From: Tubiluchus corallicola
Taxonomy: Eukaryota; Animalia; Priapulida
Length of the DNA stretch: 64,000 nt
Direction: 5' to 3'
NCBI GenBank assembly: GCA_030141605.1
Contig: JAQGDQ010000047.1
Coordinates: forward strand, 558,001-622,000
Under the pieces are notes generated by a model. The model saw only the letters and a program-made list of their open reading frames with translations, made no database searches and was not told the origin of the DNA. A program made the translations under genes and the position numbers. Shown in pieces: positions 25,683 through 38,186 of this stretch. The number at the start of each line of letters is the position of its first letter. Position 1 is the stretch's first letter.

Positions 25683-28600
25683 TCATACTTGCACTTCATC
25701 ATCAAGATCGTAAATTGTCTGTGGAATCCATAAACTCCTTTTAACTACTGGTGTACTGCTTTTCTCTTCCTGCTCTTTCCGCTGGCTAGTGGATTCCACT
25801 TCCATGCCAGCTTCACTATCGTTTTCCTCCCGATCTAACGAGATGTCTTCAAACCCGGAATCTCTGTTTGTCGTACTTGTTCTTACAGGCATTGCTTGTT
25901 GTGAGCCACTGGTCTGTCCATGTAGTTCCTCTGTGCTTTTACCACAACACTTTTCACTCTTTTCAACTAATATCGCTTTACAGTCACTTTCGATATCTTT
26001 ACCAAATACACTTAACTTACTATAATTTTGTATTTCAAATATTGGAAATATTTCAGCACACAGCTCAGTTGGAGGAATAATAAGCGATAAGTTTCCAAGT
26101 GAACCAGCGATATTATTGGACGAAAGACTGCTTTCTCTCGACATTCGTAGTTCCTGCAAGTTTTTCTTGTCAAGTTTTTCCTCGCAAAAATTTTTCTTAA
26201 GCATGGACGGCGAAAAACCGTCTTGGATGGTCCTTGTCTCTCTTGAAGGTAGGCAGACATGGTCTGCTTCTGTTTGACGAGCAGGGACATGACATTCGAC
26301 ACACTTGTTCACTATGTTACAATTGTGGTCCTTGTGCAGGTCTTCGACACTTGCATGCACATCGGCAGGTTTCAAGTTTTTAGATGACGTCTTCTCACAC
26401 ATGGCAGCTGCGACTTCATCCGACAGGGAAACTGAAAGCAGGTCAATCAGCATTCACTTCATCTGACAGATTAACTGAAAATACGATGACTACTTTTGAT
26501 ATCCAAGTATCAAACTAGAAAATATTTTGCGAACATACGAAAATTTATGTTTTTGCTTCAATTGCTAAGTACCCAAATTACAATAAAAAATGAACATTAA
26601 TTTATCTGTAGACATACTGTAATAACTATTATTAACTTACCTCTGTTGTACTTTTGCATCAAGTAGTCTCGGACACAGTTGTGTATGAATTCGTATTGCT
26701 CCTGCAAAATCATAAAATGCTGTCAGTTTCTTTTTGAAAAGTTCATGAGCAGAGGCAACCCACGATTGGAGGTCGCCTTCCAAATAGAGTTGAAAGATAA
26801 ACTGAAAATATTGTTAGTAAAGCTTTACGTATTGATTTTCAATGGGTACAGACTGACTATAAGCCCAAACATATTTGCCTAAAGAAAGCATTGTAGTCAC
26901 CCTGTATTTTATTGTGAACATTCAGTGTTGGGTGCAGCTATACATGTACCAATAGCAATATATAGGAGAAAACTAAACAAATACCAAATAAGGACTTGAC
27001 TATTCTGTACTCTTCACACATCTGTAACATTACTTTTGTTTGGGCATAAAATATTGCTGGAAATGGGCGGTAGTACTTGTAAGCAAAGCCGATTACTTGT
27101 ACCCACCTCTGTTTGCACCATTCGCTGCCTATGTATTCTGAGTTCTAAGACAGTCCGAAAAACATCTATGTTATCTACAGCATGCAGAGTTTTCAACACC
27201 CTGTCACTGGCAATAAAGGTTCCTGTCCTGCCAGCTCCAGCACTGAAACATAAAACTGACAATATTAAAATTCCGTACATATTCATCTAATTGCTGGAGT
27301 TTGGAAGTTTAGTCACTTTAACAGAGTCACTGAAACAATAGTTTGTATGGGGTGGCCATCATTATTACTTTCCATTCGTGACACAAATGGCAAGCATTGT
27401 TAGAACAATATATCTGTTACTCGGCTATTAAAGTACATGTACATTGGTAAAAAGACACTAAGATCATCAGAGCTACAGCTGGCACTTTTTGCTCTACCTT
27501 TAACGACTGGTAAATTTGATATTATGATGCTTACTAATCCAAGTTTTCTTAGTTTCTGATTTTCAAAAAAACTTGAAATCAATGAATCTACATTGAGTCT
27601 TGAAATTCAATATTCGCAACGCTTTGACATTATCACTCACCTGCCGTGCACTAGAAGAGGCTTAGCACGATCTTCATCTTTTAGCATTTCTTGACACTCT
27701 TCCAAAACTTGAATCCACTCCAACATAGTGTCTGTGTTTTGTGGGCAAGACAGTTCTTTCCAGCCTAAGAACCTGATCAGACAGACTATATGTGTTTGCA
27801 TCTCCTATAAAAATAGTTAATTTTTGGAAATGTAATTGAGTATTTCTAGTACCTGAAAGCATTCAGTTTAGAAGATTGAGAGTTATATTTGATTGTAATT
27901 TAAGTGGCGTAATATACATTAACTTTGGTCTGTCAACTGCTTTACCAGAAAAGACAGAATAAAAAAATATCCTCAGTAATAGTACTGCGTAGCATAGTTT
28001 CAATTGCACACACATAACCAGCATTAACATTTTATGTTCTTCAAAAAATGCAGAAATCTATAAATTATCCAGTTACTGTTGTCATAAAAGCTATAAATAC
28101 CTAAAATATCTTTCTAGATTACTCACTTCATATATCAGGAAGTAGTTAAGCCGCCATTATGGCTAGCTTTACCGAGAGACTGACAATAGCAAACAGCTTT
28201 AGCACATGTCATGGATAAGCTTAGTTGTAATTTTGCAACAAAAGAATGCTTCTTCTCTGTCAGTAAATAATTCCGCAATGAAGGTGATAATACAGATAAC
28301 ATTGTTTGCTTGTGATTATATGGTTTTGCATATAAACAAAATGGTTGCAAGTAATTTTTGTAATAGTACTTGGAGATTAGAGTCCTACAATTATTATACA
28401 ATGGCAACTTAATGTCCAGGGAATAGAAAAGTGATGAACAGTTTGATTGTAATGTGCATCTGTTACTTCCTGTTGAATTGCATGTATTTATTTACATATA
28501 GGTATAGCAGGGTCACTGTCTAGACGCACGTTCCATCTTGAGGAACAAGTCATGTATTTTTATCTTATCAAATACAGGTTTATTGTTTCCTACTGAACTC

Positions 28601-31600
28601 CTAGTCCATGTAACCCACCTGCACAACGTCAACTGCCTTTTCATCTATTAGGCCTTCAGTCCACAGTTCATGCTCTTGATTTAAAGACGATTTATACGGT
28701 TTAGGTTAAGTTAGGTTGGTGTTATAGGCTTAATAAATTATCTACTTACATTGTCTAGTTCTTGTTGAATTTGGATCCTGTACACCAATGTGGAAGCATT
28801 TTTGTTTTCCTCGTTAATCAGTGAAATGGTAAATTGGCCATGTTGCATTTGTTTTCCCTCATCTGGCCAGTATTTCTCACATTTTTTCTGCAAGATTGCA
28901 AAACAAGTTCAATTAGTGAAAACAAGCATATAAATAAAAATTTCAATTATCACAGCTGCTGTAATCTTTAAAAAAGACAGTGCAGTGAGGTGGTAAGCTA
29001 ACAATTGGGACTAAAAGAAATTGCATAATTTAATAAGAATTCTCATCAAGTCACTAATTTGCATGCCGCCACTTGATTAGGTCGCATCAACATCCTTACC
29101 CATTCGTCTTCATAGCAGTCTGTAACCATGACAACGATGTGTATCTGTTGCTCCCATATCATCCTCCAAAAATCCGACACTGTGTTCTCCATTGGTCCCT
29201 GTGCTGCTATGTATTCCTTACTAGAGGTAAACCCCTAGATATTTTATAATAGTAAGTTTCTTGAAGTGTTGCCATGCTTTGTAACAAATATACTACATTT
29301 GGAGTCTAGCCAAGCAAACTCGGGTTTGAAAAATGACTATAAATTATAATTTTTTTATAATGTTCTTTTTTCTTAGCAGTGGAAGACGATATGTTCTTTC
29401 TCACCAAATAAAATCTGCTACCAATACAGCTTAAAACAGTATGAATAAAAATGGCATTGTGTATAGCTATCATTTATGCATTGTATTTGTGATACTGAGA
29501 TGACTTTGAGATTTTTAAAACACTAGTTGCAAAGGATTTAAAAGTGCTTGTTTATTGAATTTAAATTTTGCAAACAAAATAAAAATTAAAAGCGTACATC
29601 ACTACTGATGCATAATTTCAAGGTGCATTCACACGACAAACACGTTCAATGGCCTCATGTTATGGCGATGTGATTTTATGACGTGTTGAAGAAATATTTT
29701 ATATTTGCCTAAACGTGTTAATCGTGCAAACGCAGCTTAGTCTATCTATAGACTCATTCCTACAAAATAAATTTCTATACCAGGTGCCACACTAATCATT
29801 AATTAGCCTGAAACAATATGCAACGTACATAATATTTACAATATTATTACGTTTTGCAGCAAAAGCAACGTTCTACTTATGAGACACAACTTACAGGAAT
29901 ATAACTGGCGTTTATGTAATCGGAGCCTCGTTCGTCCGGAACAGCAGATAGTATAACTCTTTGATTATCGACTACAATACAAGAATTAACTGTTATCAAA
30001 TGTATGTGAAGGCTAATAATAAAAATTAGTTGATGGTGGAATGAATCTGCAATCACCGAGGTGTGAAACCAAATTTTAATGAAAGAAAAAACGTCAAGCT
30101 GGCTAGGATTTAAACCAGAGATCTTTGGAATACAAGTTCAATGCGATTTCATAATTAGACTACACGGCACCTTGTGATCATGGCAGGAACATTAACTTAA
30201 TTTTCGTAGCTCACCAACCATTTTTAGGTACTAGTTCAGTAGTTTATTCATGCCAGAGTATACTGATTTGATATTTTTTGTTAGCACAGTAAATCATAGG
30301 CACAGGAATAATCAGTATGTAATTAAATGCAAATAATTTTTATATTATTGTTTAACGTTGTAATAATTCTAAAGCTATTGAGTTTTTGCAACCAAACTTC
30401 ACTGATTTGGCCTGTTTTGAACCGGGGGTCGATGGATTTTAAGTTCAACAACATAACAGCTGTCTGTTGGACCTCACTTGGAAATGGTGAGTTACCAGGA
30501 TTGAAATAATCCCTGTTCTGCTCACTGTGTGGCCTAGTGATCATGATATTATTTTTTGTAATCCAGAGGCCCTGGTGCAAATCCAGGCCCATTCAACATT
30601 TTTTACAATTTCTTCCTTTCGCTGTAGTTTAGCTTCAAAAAATTTAATAGTTGTGACTTCAAAGTACATTGTTAACCAGTAATATTAAATTTAAAATTAT
30701 GGACAATTAATTACTAAACCATCATTTAAAGTGTAGGATTGCATCACCCAGGTAAGACATGCATTGATCACAAAGGGGTGCATGTGTGGTCTAGTGATTC
30801 TTGGGTCCATGGTTCACATTCGGATTTAGCCCGACATTTCATATATATGAACAAACTTGCTCATACATTCAATAATAATCATCGTATCCTAGCTGAGTTC
30901 ACTCCATTATTACTTATTAATAAACTGAAATTAATATTGTAAAGAATTAATTAAGAAATATTGTCATGTAATGATTAATAATTTTTGTTACTATGTTAAT
31001 TCCAGGCTAGCGTCAAAATATTTACACAAACTTCCATAATAAAACTGTTCCATTAACGGCAACCATAATTAAGATCTACAATCTTTGTGTTTGGAAATAT
31101 TCGGAGAAAGTTATGTTAAGCAAACAAAAATTACTGGATGTTAATATAGAACGTTTTAAAAAGCTCATGCGAGACGTTAATAAGAAACTCACATGGTAGT
31201 CCAATGTTTTGATTGCGATTTTTTGGACGGTTTTCCACAAGCTCTGCTGCTTGCGTTGTGAATAGTGGAGCCACACTCTGTATCTCCTGCGGGCAAAAAA
31301 CGAATTATGTAAATAGGGCGTGCCGTAAAACAGCGTTTAACCGCCGTGAAGCTCTGGAGATGAAACAGGCGATTCCAGTAGCACACTGTCGCAAAAAGAG
31401 AAGCTACTGAATATTGAATAAAGTAGGTAGTTAGTCGCTATGATTCGTCACTTGTACTACCATAGAAAGCCTGCTACTGTGCTACATCATTATCCTGAAG
31501 CCCAATGTGGCCATAATGAATGTAAACGTACATTTTCTTAGTGGTAAATTATTTTGGTACATTTTTAAAGATCGCATTAACTTCCTATGAGCAACCTTGA

Positions 31601-34600
31601 TCTAAACTTCGATTGCAAAGTATCATTTGTTCTGTAATTTCTTATTATGTACCAAAACTAGGAGAGATAAAATTTTTCCTTATTTAATTACATTTTGGGA
31701 AAAGTAAGACATTATAATGAACGCACTTTGTTGCCATATAAATAAAATCTTGGTCAACCAACAAAGGTTTAAAATTTCAACAGGTCAGGATTTAAAATCG
31801 ATAATAAATCAAAAGCACAAAATGCCCATACATTTGATATGCGGCTCCAAAGCAAAACTATATTGAGGTAATAATAATCGTGCAGGCGATTTTAGTATTG
31901 GACTCTATTTGTATTTTCTAGGTAACAGACTTACTTAGCCCTTCAGCAGTTTAAAAAAACTTGACCACTTTAGTGAACATATTTTTGTTGTTGTTCAACC
32001 TGCATTGTCGCTACTATAAGCAGATTAGATTTGCCCCAATACCCTTAACTCCCCAAACACGAATAGCCGTGGGACAAAAACTTTTGAAAAATGAGTTTGT
32101 AAACTTCATTCCAACAATGCGAGTACACAACTACACATGCTAAACTATGCAGAAAAAAATTGTTCAGACAGTTTACGAGCTAGTGTTGGACTAATTTTAA
32201 AGTCAAGTTATGTCGATCATTGTAATTTGTCTTCGTTCGAACCGCAGAAGTTACGGAAGGTGTCATGTATGTCGTCAAGGTGCTACTAAACCATACGCTT
32301 TTCTGACCCAGCTGATAAACTGGTGAAATGTTCACGTTGTTTAGGCCTAAGTGAGAAAAAGATACAATACCAATAACACTGCTTTCTTTTGGTGAAAGCT
32401 GAAATGTGGTGATTGCATTTTCACATTGGTACACGGTTGCATGCGTAAGGTCTCCTACTACATGAAGTTTACTACATAATTATTTCGCATACATACATTT
32501 TGCGCATATTACAAAAATATACGGGAATACTGTTCAGTAAAATAGCCCACAACTACACAATTCAGTAAAGGACGGTATCGTGAAAAGGACGGTATCGTGC
32601 CTTACTCTTGCACTCTGAATTAAAACTTATAATTGCATAAGGTTGTTTACGTCTAATGTTGCAAACAGACCTTGGGCGCACTAAAAATGCACTGATAGAT
32701 GCAATACACTTGAATAAAATGCAACCACGCATGGTTGAACCCTATCCGAATACATGGAGTAAAAGTTTACACAATTTGTAGGTAAACAGAGCTACCTATT
32801 GTTACATTTACCTTAAACTGTGCTGCTAGACCACTTTTTCTATCCTTCTTCATTTTTTCCACGTAATCTGGAAAGTGTGTTACCTGTACAGTGCTGAACA
32901 AACAGATAAAATACAGTTAAACAAAGTTCAAACATCCAAGGCGTATAATTGGCGGGGTAATTCATAGTGAAGTTTATGTTCGATCTACATCAAACTTACG
33001 CTTATATCACTCGTTAATCCAGATTTGATTTTTATATAAATTTATGCAATACGTTAGATACATAAGAATATTCATATTATTTTAAAAGTTAGTGTTAAAA
33101 CTCTTGCGAATAATAGACTTATACGTTTATATATATATCAGATTATAAATGTTTTATATACATATATGTTACAGGCAAAGTGTGAATACATTAGGGTATT
33201 CTATAAAATGCCAAAACGAGCCAGGTTAAGTGACTAAAATATTTTTTCTACACTTTTCCTAGGCGTTATATAACGCAAAAGTTTTATTAGGCAAAGCATG
33301 TAGTTCTACTTGGTTTCGGGTATACTGTCCTTGGTATTTTATAAAATGTTGAACAAATTTTAGGTAATGTGAATACAAATGGTTAATTGTTTTATAGTGA
33401 CAATTTCCTGGGTATTTTATATAATGCCAATTTTTGTTCTGCAGGATGTGTCAAATCAAGTCATGTTTTACGTACTTGCAAATTTGCATGTTAACATAGG
33501 TAACTAGCATTTCAAGTAAACGTTCATGTTGTATGAGTGCTTCATTAACAGCTGTTGCCTGTTGCAGAGGTTTTGCGTTTTTGGACCGTACGAAGTGCGT
33601 GATCCTTAAAGTTTGTTGTTGTTGTTGTTGTTGTTGTCACATTTATGTTTAAAAGCTATCACAGGGCACAATTTTCATTGTAGGAAACCGTAATAGGGCC
33701 CAATTTTTCACTTTCCCAAATACGACCCTTAAATATGCCCGTTAAATAGATCACATTAATTAAATGTATTTACCCTATACGATACATTTTGTTATATAGT
33801 AGGGTTGTACAAAAAATTTGTGAAGTTGGATTTAACAAAAATTACGTTCATTTCATACTTTGCCAAAACACTTTTCGCATTCTGTATAAGTCCTATGCAA
33901 AAGGTCTAGGTAAAATGTAAAACTGCCGCAGCAAAAACATTTCTTTCACCCTTTTTTCGAAATGTATAGGTATTAATTATACGAAATACCTAGGAATTTT
34001 ATACATGTATAAATTTTACACATTGCCTGTAATATATATTATACTAAAATAATTTGCTGCCGCCGTTGTTACCTGCGACGCCATACTTTACTGGCTGCCC
34101 GCCTATGTTCTTTGATGATAGTTGATGTCCTTATTGGCCCATTCCTATAAGAAATTACGCATTTCATTAGTGTGGCCTGTTTCGTCATTTTTAAATTGGA
34201 AACAAGAATAATTCTATCCTAATGTAACTAATTTTAGGCTTCCGTTTCCACTTACTGACAACCTAGAAGAGACGAAAGGCGTTAATTTTTTCGTAACTTT
34301 ATAATCACTGTATGGGATCTTTGTTTATATTTATGCATATGGTTTGCGAACATTTATATTATATAAAAGCATAAATTTTTATGCCTTGCCATAATAAAAC
34401 TTTAAATTCCTTTGCAGAACCAACTGAGTCACTTCCGGGCTAAAGTATGCACATTAATTCGATTGACTAGAAAACAGTGGTGGGTGCTCATTGCAAAAGT
34501 TATTCGACAGCAAAACATTTGTCGTTGTTTTCGTCATCATAGCTTTCATCATCTTCACTTGTTTATTTTTTTTCTTGCTCAACTTCATCATCGCATCTTC

Positions 34601-37600
34601 AATATCATTGTCGACCTTCACCACCACTGCCCTTGTTGTTCATATTCCTTTCTTCATTGGTGTTATCGTCATCGTTGCCGCCATTGTTGTCGTGTTCATC
34701 GTTCTCATCATTATAATAAATCTTAATGATTTATTAGTTATTATAACTAATAACTAATAACTATAACTAATCACCACTACAATGTACTACACCGCACCGC
34801 ACCACAGCACAGCAAAACACAACACCCAATCATCACTATCGTCTTCATCCCACCACCTACAGCTATAATTTCACGTTGCAGATAAACAACACGCTGGCTT
34901 CTTATAACTAAAAGACCTTTAATATGATGATATATCTGAACATCAGGCCTAATAACACTTTCTCTCGAATATAACTAAGCACAATGTTGGACTTGCGCCA
35001 ACGCTGATCCGAAGATCAGTGCATTTGCCCTATTTTAGTGCATTATTTTATGCAACTAGACAAAATTCATTTTGGTTTTACAGAAAATTTTAACTATAAG
35101 TAACGCGTGCATGTAGAAAAGTTTGTCATTTTTAATATTTTCCTAATAGTGTAATCTAATAATCCTAGTGAATGAATTCTGTTAATTATGGAGCATCATT
35201 ATTATAAATATTTACTGAAATGTTTTATACGCAGCTTTGTGGTATTAAGGACATATAATTGACCGTATATATAAATATATTAGGGTGTGGTGAAAATAAC
35301 TTTTTTTTCCAATCTTTTTACAACTTTTCCTACTTTGGAGGTTTGATGCGATACTAACATGAGCAAATTTTCAGCCTGATTAAGCTTTGGTAACACATGT
35401 CTCCTCTTATGTTAAGATTTCGAAATTTTGCTCATTTGTGTAGTAATTTAACAAACTTTAAAAAGTATTATATCCACTCCACTGACCTAGCAATTTTCAC
35501 CGGTAGTTTGCAATGATTAATAGTTATCGCACATAGAACGGTGACAGTTTTGCATGTTAGGAAGTTGTATCTGCAAAATTTAAAAATGTGTGTATTTTAT
35601 CCATATATCGATATTGCTTTCAAAATTGCCCCTATATGAATTTTACAAAAAGCTGCTACATTGGAATGTAAGCCCCTATTTGTTCTAACAAACAATAACA
35701 GTACCTTGCAATGTTTATTTGGCATTGTGATTTCTTTGTAATATCAATTAAAAATGTTCACAATGCTCAACAGCTATTTTTCTAGCAAAAATAATTTTAG
35801 AAACCGTTTATTTTTACATTTTGTGAATCACGAACTCTGGAAAAGTTAGCAACAAGCCATACGGCTATCCTACTAAGCTAGCAGATAATCAGTTGCCAAC
35901 AGTGTTGGAAATGTTCTACGCGCATTATCAATTGAAAATGGAGACCCAGCCAGAGAAGGACCCAGGACACAAATTTGTTGCATAGCAGAAGAGATTGTAG
36001 CACAAGCTGTATTCGCTGTATATATTTTTTATGAGACGAGAGGCTTCTTCTTTCACCACCTCAAAGTTGTATGACGTGATGAGACTAATGGAAACACTGG
36101 AAAAACAAAATAGACATTTACCATAACCTTGAGTAATCTCTCATCTCATTAAAAACTGTTAAGGAGGCACATGAGTCGGGACAAGTGTCATTAATTTGAA
36201 CACGATTCTGTTTCGATGAGTTTGTCTTGACAGTATATGGTGGACTCCAGTGCGGGTCAGAAAACTCAGAACTTGCATGATTTGAGTAACTTTTCTGGTC
36301 AGTCGCTGCATCCAAGTTGATTTTATCATCCATCTCAAGCATAGTTTTCTCGATGTGCAGGCTTTGTTTTTGCTATTTACTGGCACTTTATCCAGCTCAT
36401 GTGGAATCTTTTGCAACTCTGTCATAATCCTTTTAATAGCGCCTTTAAGTGTTATGTGACAATTAACGCTTTTGCGTATATAGCGAATACAACTTGTGCT
36501 ACAATCTCTTTTGCTACGCAACAAATCTGTGCTGGATCCTTCTCTGACTGGGCCTCCATTTTGAATTGATAATGCCATAGAACAATTCCAACTGTTGGCA
36601 ACTGATTATCTGGTAGCTTAGTAGGATAGTCGAGTGACTTTCTGCTAACTTTTCCAGAGTTCGTGACTCACAAAATGTAAAAATAAACGGTTTCTAAAAT
36701 AATTTTTGCTAGAAAAATAGCTGTTGAGCATTGTGAACATTTTCAATTGATATTACAAAGAAATCACCATGCCAAATAAACATTGTAAGGTACTGTTATT
36801 GTTTGTTAGAACAAATAGGGGTTTACATTCCAATGTAGCAGCTTTTTGAAAAATTCATATAGGGGTAATTTTGAAAGCAATGGCGATATATGGATAAAAT
36901 GCACACATTTTTAAATTTTGCAGATACAACTTCCTAACATGCAAAACTGTCACAGTTCTATGTGCGATAACTATTAATCGTTGCAAACTACCGGTGAAAA
37001 TTGCTAGGTCAGTGGAGTGGATATAATAGTTTTTAAAGTTTGTCAAATTACTACACAAATGAGCATAATTCCGAAATCTTAACATAAGAGGAGACACGTG
37101 TTGCCAAAGCTTAATCAAACTCAAAATTTACCCATGTTAGCATCTCGTCAAACCTCCAGAGTAGGAAAAGTTGCAAAAAGATTGAATGATTGAATAAAAA
37201 AAGTTATTTTCACCACACCCTAATATATATGTGTATGTATGTATGTATGTATGTATGTATGTATGTATGTATGCATGTATTGTGAAAATAAAGAATTATC
37301 AGCATCATAACTGTAGTTCTGGTAAAACTGCAAGAAATTCAAAAAGTGATTGTGTGTCCATAAATTTGTTAGTGGAGCTGCAAAGCGTAGTAGTGTAACA
37401 GAAAAAATCTTACCTTCTGAGTGCTTGCTGCCTCTCCTTTCTGTATTGCCAAAGCGCGAAGCCCACAAGAAAACCAATTATGGAGAAACCGACGACACCA
37501 AATACGGACAGCACAATTACAAGCCATGGTTCTGTGGCTCCATCACCAGCATCAGTACCTTTAAAGTTATCAATTCCAAATTAACAAGATTAACGTGAAT

Positions 37601-38005
37601 CATTTGCAGCTGTAAATGACTGATCAAGGTGCGCAAGAACTTCTCGATGATCGCAAATGAATCATATTCCTTCTGTGATACTTGCGTAAATTTTTTTTAG
37701 GAAATCATACACACATTGAAAAGTACTCAATATGATGAGATGAACAGTGACTTTCATCTTGTACACGTGAAATCATAATTCTAGCAACCATTTAATTTTT
37801 ACTCGAATTCTGGACGCATAATTAAATCTTCACAAAGTAGCTTGTCAGTAAAAAGTAAGTCCAAATTTCACGCTGCAAAAACAAAAATGAAAACTATATA
37901 TATATGCGTATATACATATTTGTAATTAAGCTTACTTGAACTTGTTGGAATTGTCGAAGTTATGTTATCTATATTTGCTACATATTCCATATTGTCCACA
38001 TCCAT
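25683..38005 (-). CDS. Receptor-type protein tyrosine phosphatase-like protein (R3/Ptp10D-like single PTP domain), predicted catalytically dead, short ectodomain, ~640 aa
   Basis: Exons (-): 38005-37936, 37558-37414 (TM: [26 protein letters not shown] then QYRKERQQ), 34144-34073, 32893-32812 ([22 protein letters not shown]), 31286-31193 ([14 protein letters not shown]), 29971-29895 ([11 protein letters not shown]), 29234-29100 ([22 protein letters not shown]), 28887-28750 (KCEKYWP), 27804-27641 (FLGWKE..PLLVHGS), 27242-27107 ([19 protein letters not shown]), 26701-26641 ([10 protein letters not shown]), 26431-25683 (tail). Total 1923 nt in a continuous frame. The start exon and the terminal-exon acceptor are less certain than the PTP domain. 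Confidence 0.88.
29622..29736. mobile_element. Small PIF/Harbinger-like MITE
   Basis: Imperfect TIRs GGTGCATTCACACGA / TCGTGCAAACGCAGC with inner inverted AACACGTT/AACGTGTT; 3' flank TTA. Confidence 0.4.
30091..30840. mobile_element. Cluster of degenerate tRNA-derived SINE-like heads
   Basis: A-box/B-box-like pairs: 30170-30091 (-; GGTTTAAATCC), ~30480-30405 (-; GGTTCAAAAC), ~30525-30595 (+; TGGCCTAGTG..GGTGCAAATCC), ~30783-30840 (+; TGGTCTAGTG..GGTTCACATTC); no intact cloverleaf. Confidence 0.4.
33172..34029. mobile_element. Tc1/mariner-type MITE
   Basis: TA|CAGGCAAAGTGTGAA ... TTACACATTGCCTG|TA; internal repeated motif GGTATTYTATAAAATG. Confidence 0.7.
34520..34860. repeat. Degenerate trinucleotide low-complexity region (CAT/CGT/TAA/CAC-rich)
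   Basis: Runs of TCA/TCG/TTG triplets then TAACTAA and CACAG repeats; no spliceable open frame. Confidence 0.6.
35281..37222. mobile_element. Foldback element with ~740-bp inverted arms, hAT-type TAGGGTG termini and a decayed transposase-like spacer
   Basis: 35281-~36022 is the imperfect reverse complement of ~36477-37222; ends TAGGGTGTGGTGAAAATAAC; flanks AAATATAT / ATATATAT (7/8); frameshifted ORF remnants 36578-36118. Confidence 0.9.
37232..37276. repeat. (TATG)n microsatellite
   Basis: Direct tetranucleotide repeat abutting the foldback element. Confidence 0.9.
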
Positions 38006-38186
38006 GAATAAACACCACGTTTTCTTGCATCCAATTAATGAATCCGTACTTTCGTTCTTTCAAACTAAAAAAAATCAATACTTAGTAGGACTATGATCGT
38101 TGCTCATAGGCTTATGGGAACTAATAAGCGTATGCAGAAATACCGCAAAACATTGCCATTATATGATAAAAGTTGGTTACACTTAC

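Noticed and set aside
28500-28644. Open frame [16 protein letters not shown].. as a possible WPD-loop exon
   Set aside because: Exon 27804-27641 already supplies this region in the correct phase; this frame has a weak acceptor and ends in a stop
28700-28720. TTAGG telomere-like repeats
   Set aside because: Only 2-3 imperfect units; a common low-complexity/TE motif
34412-34757. His-rich and hydrophobic ORFs, with an acidic frame on the opposite strand
   Set aside because: Degenerate triplet repeat; frames are interrupted and there are no usable splice sites
38060-38062. In-frame TGA as selenocysteine/readthrough extending the PTP ectodomain
   Set aside because: No SECIS recognised, and the candidate upstream exon is closed in all frames; simpler as 5' UTR
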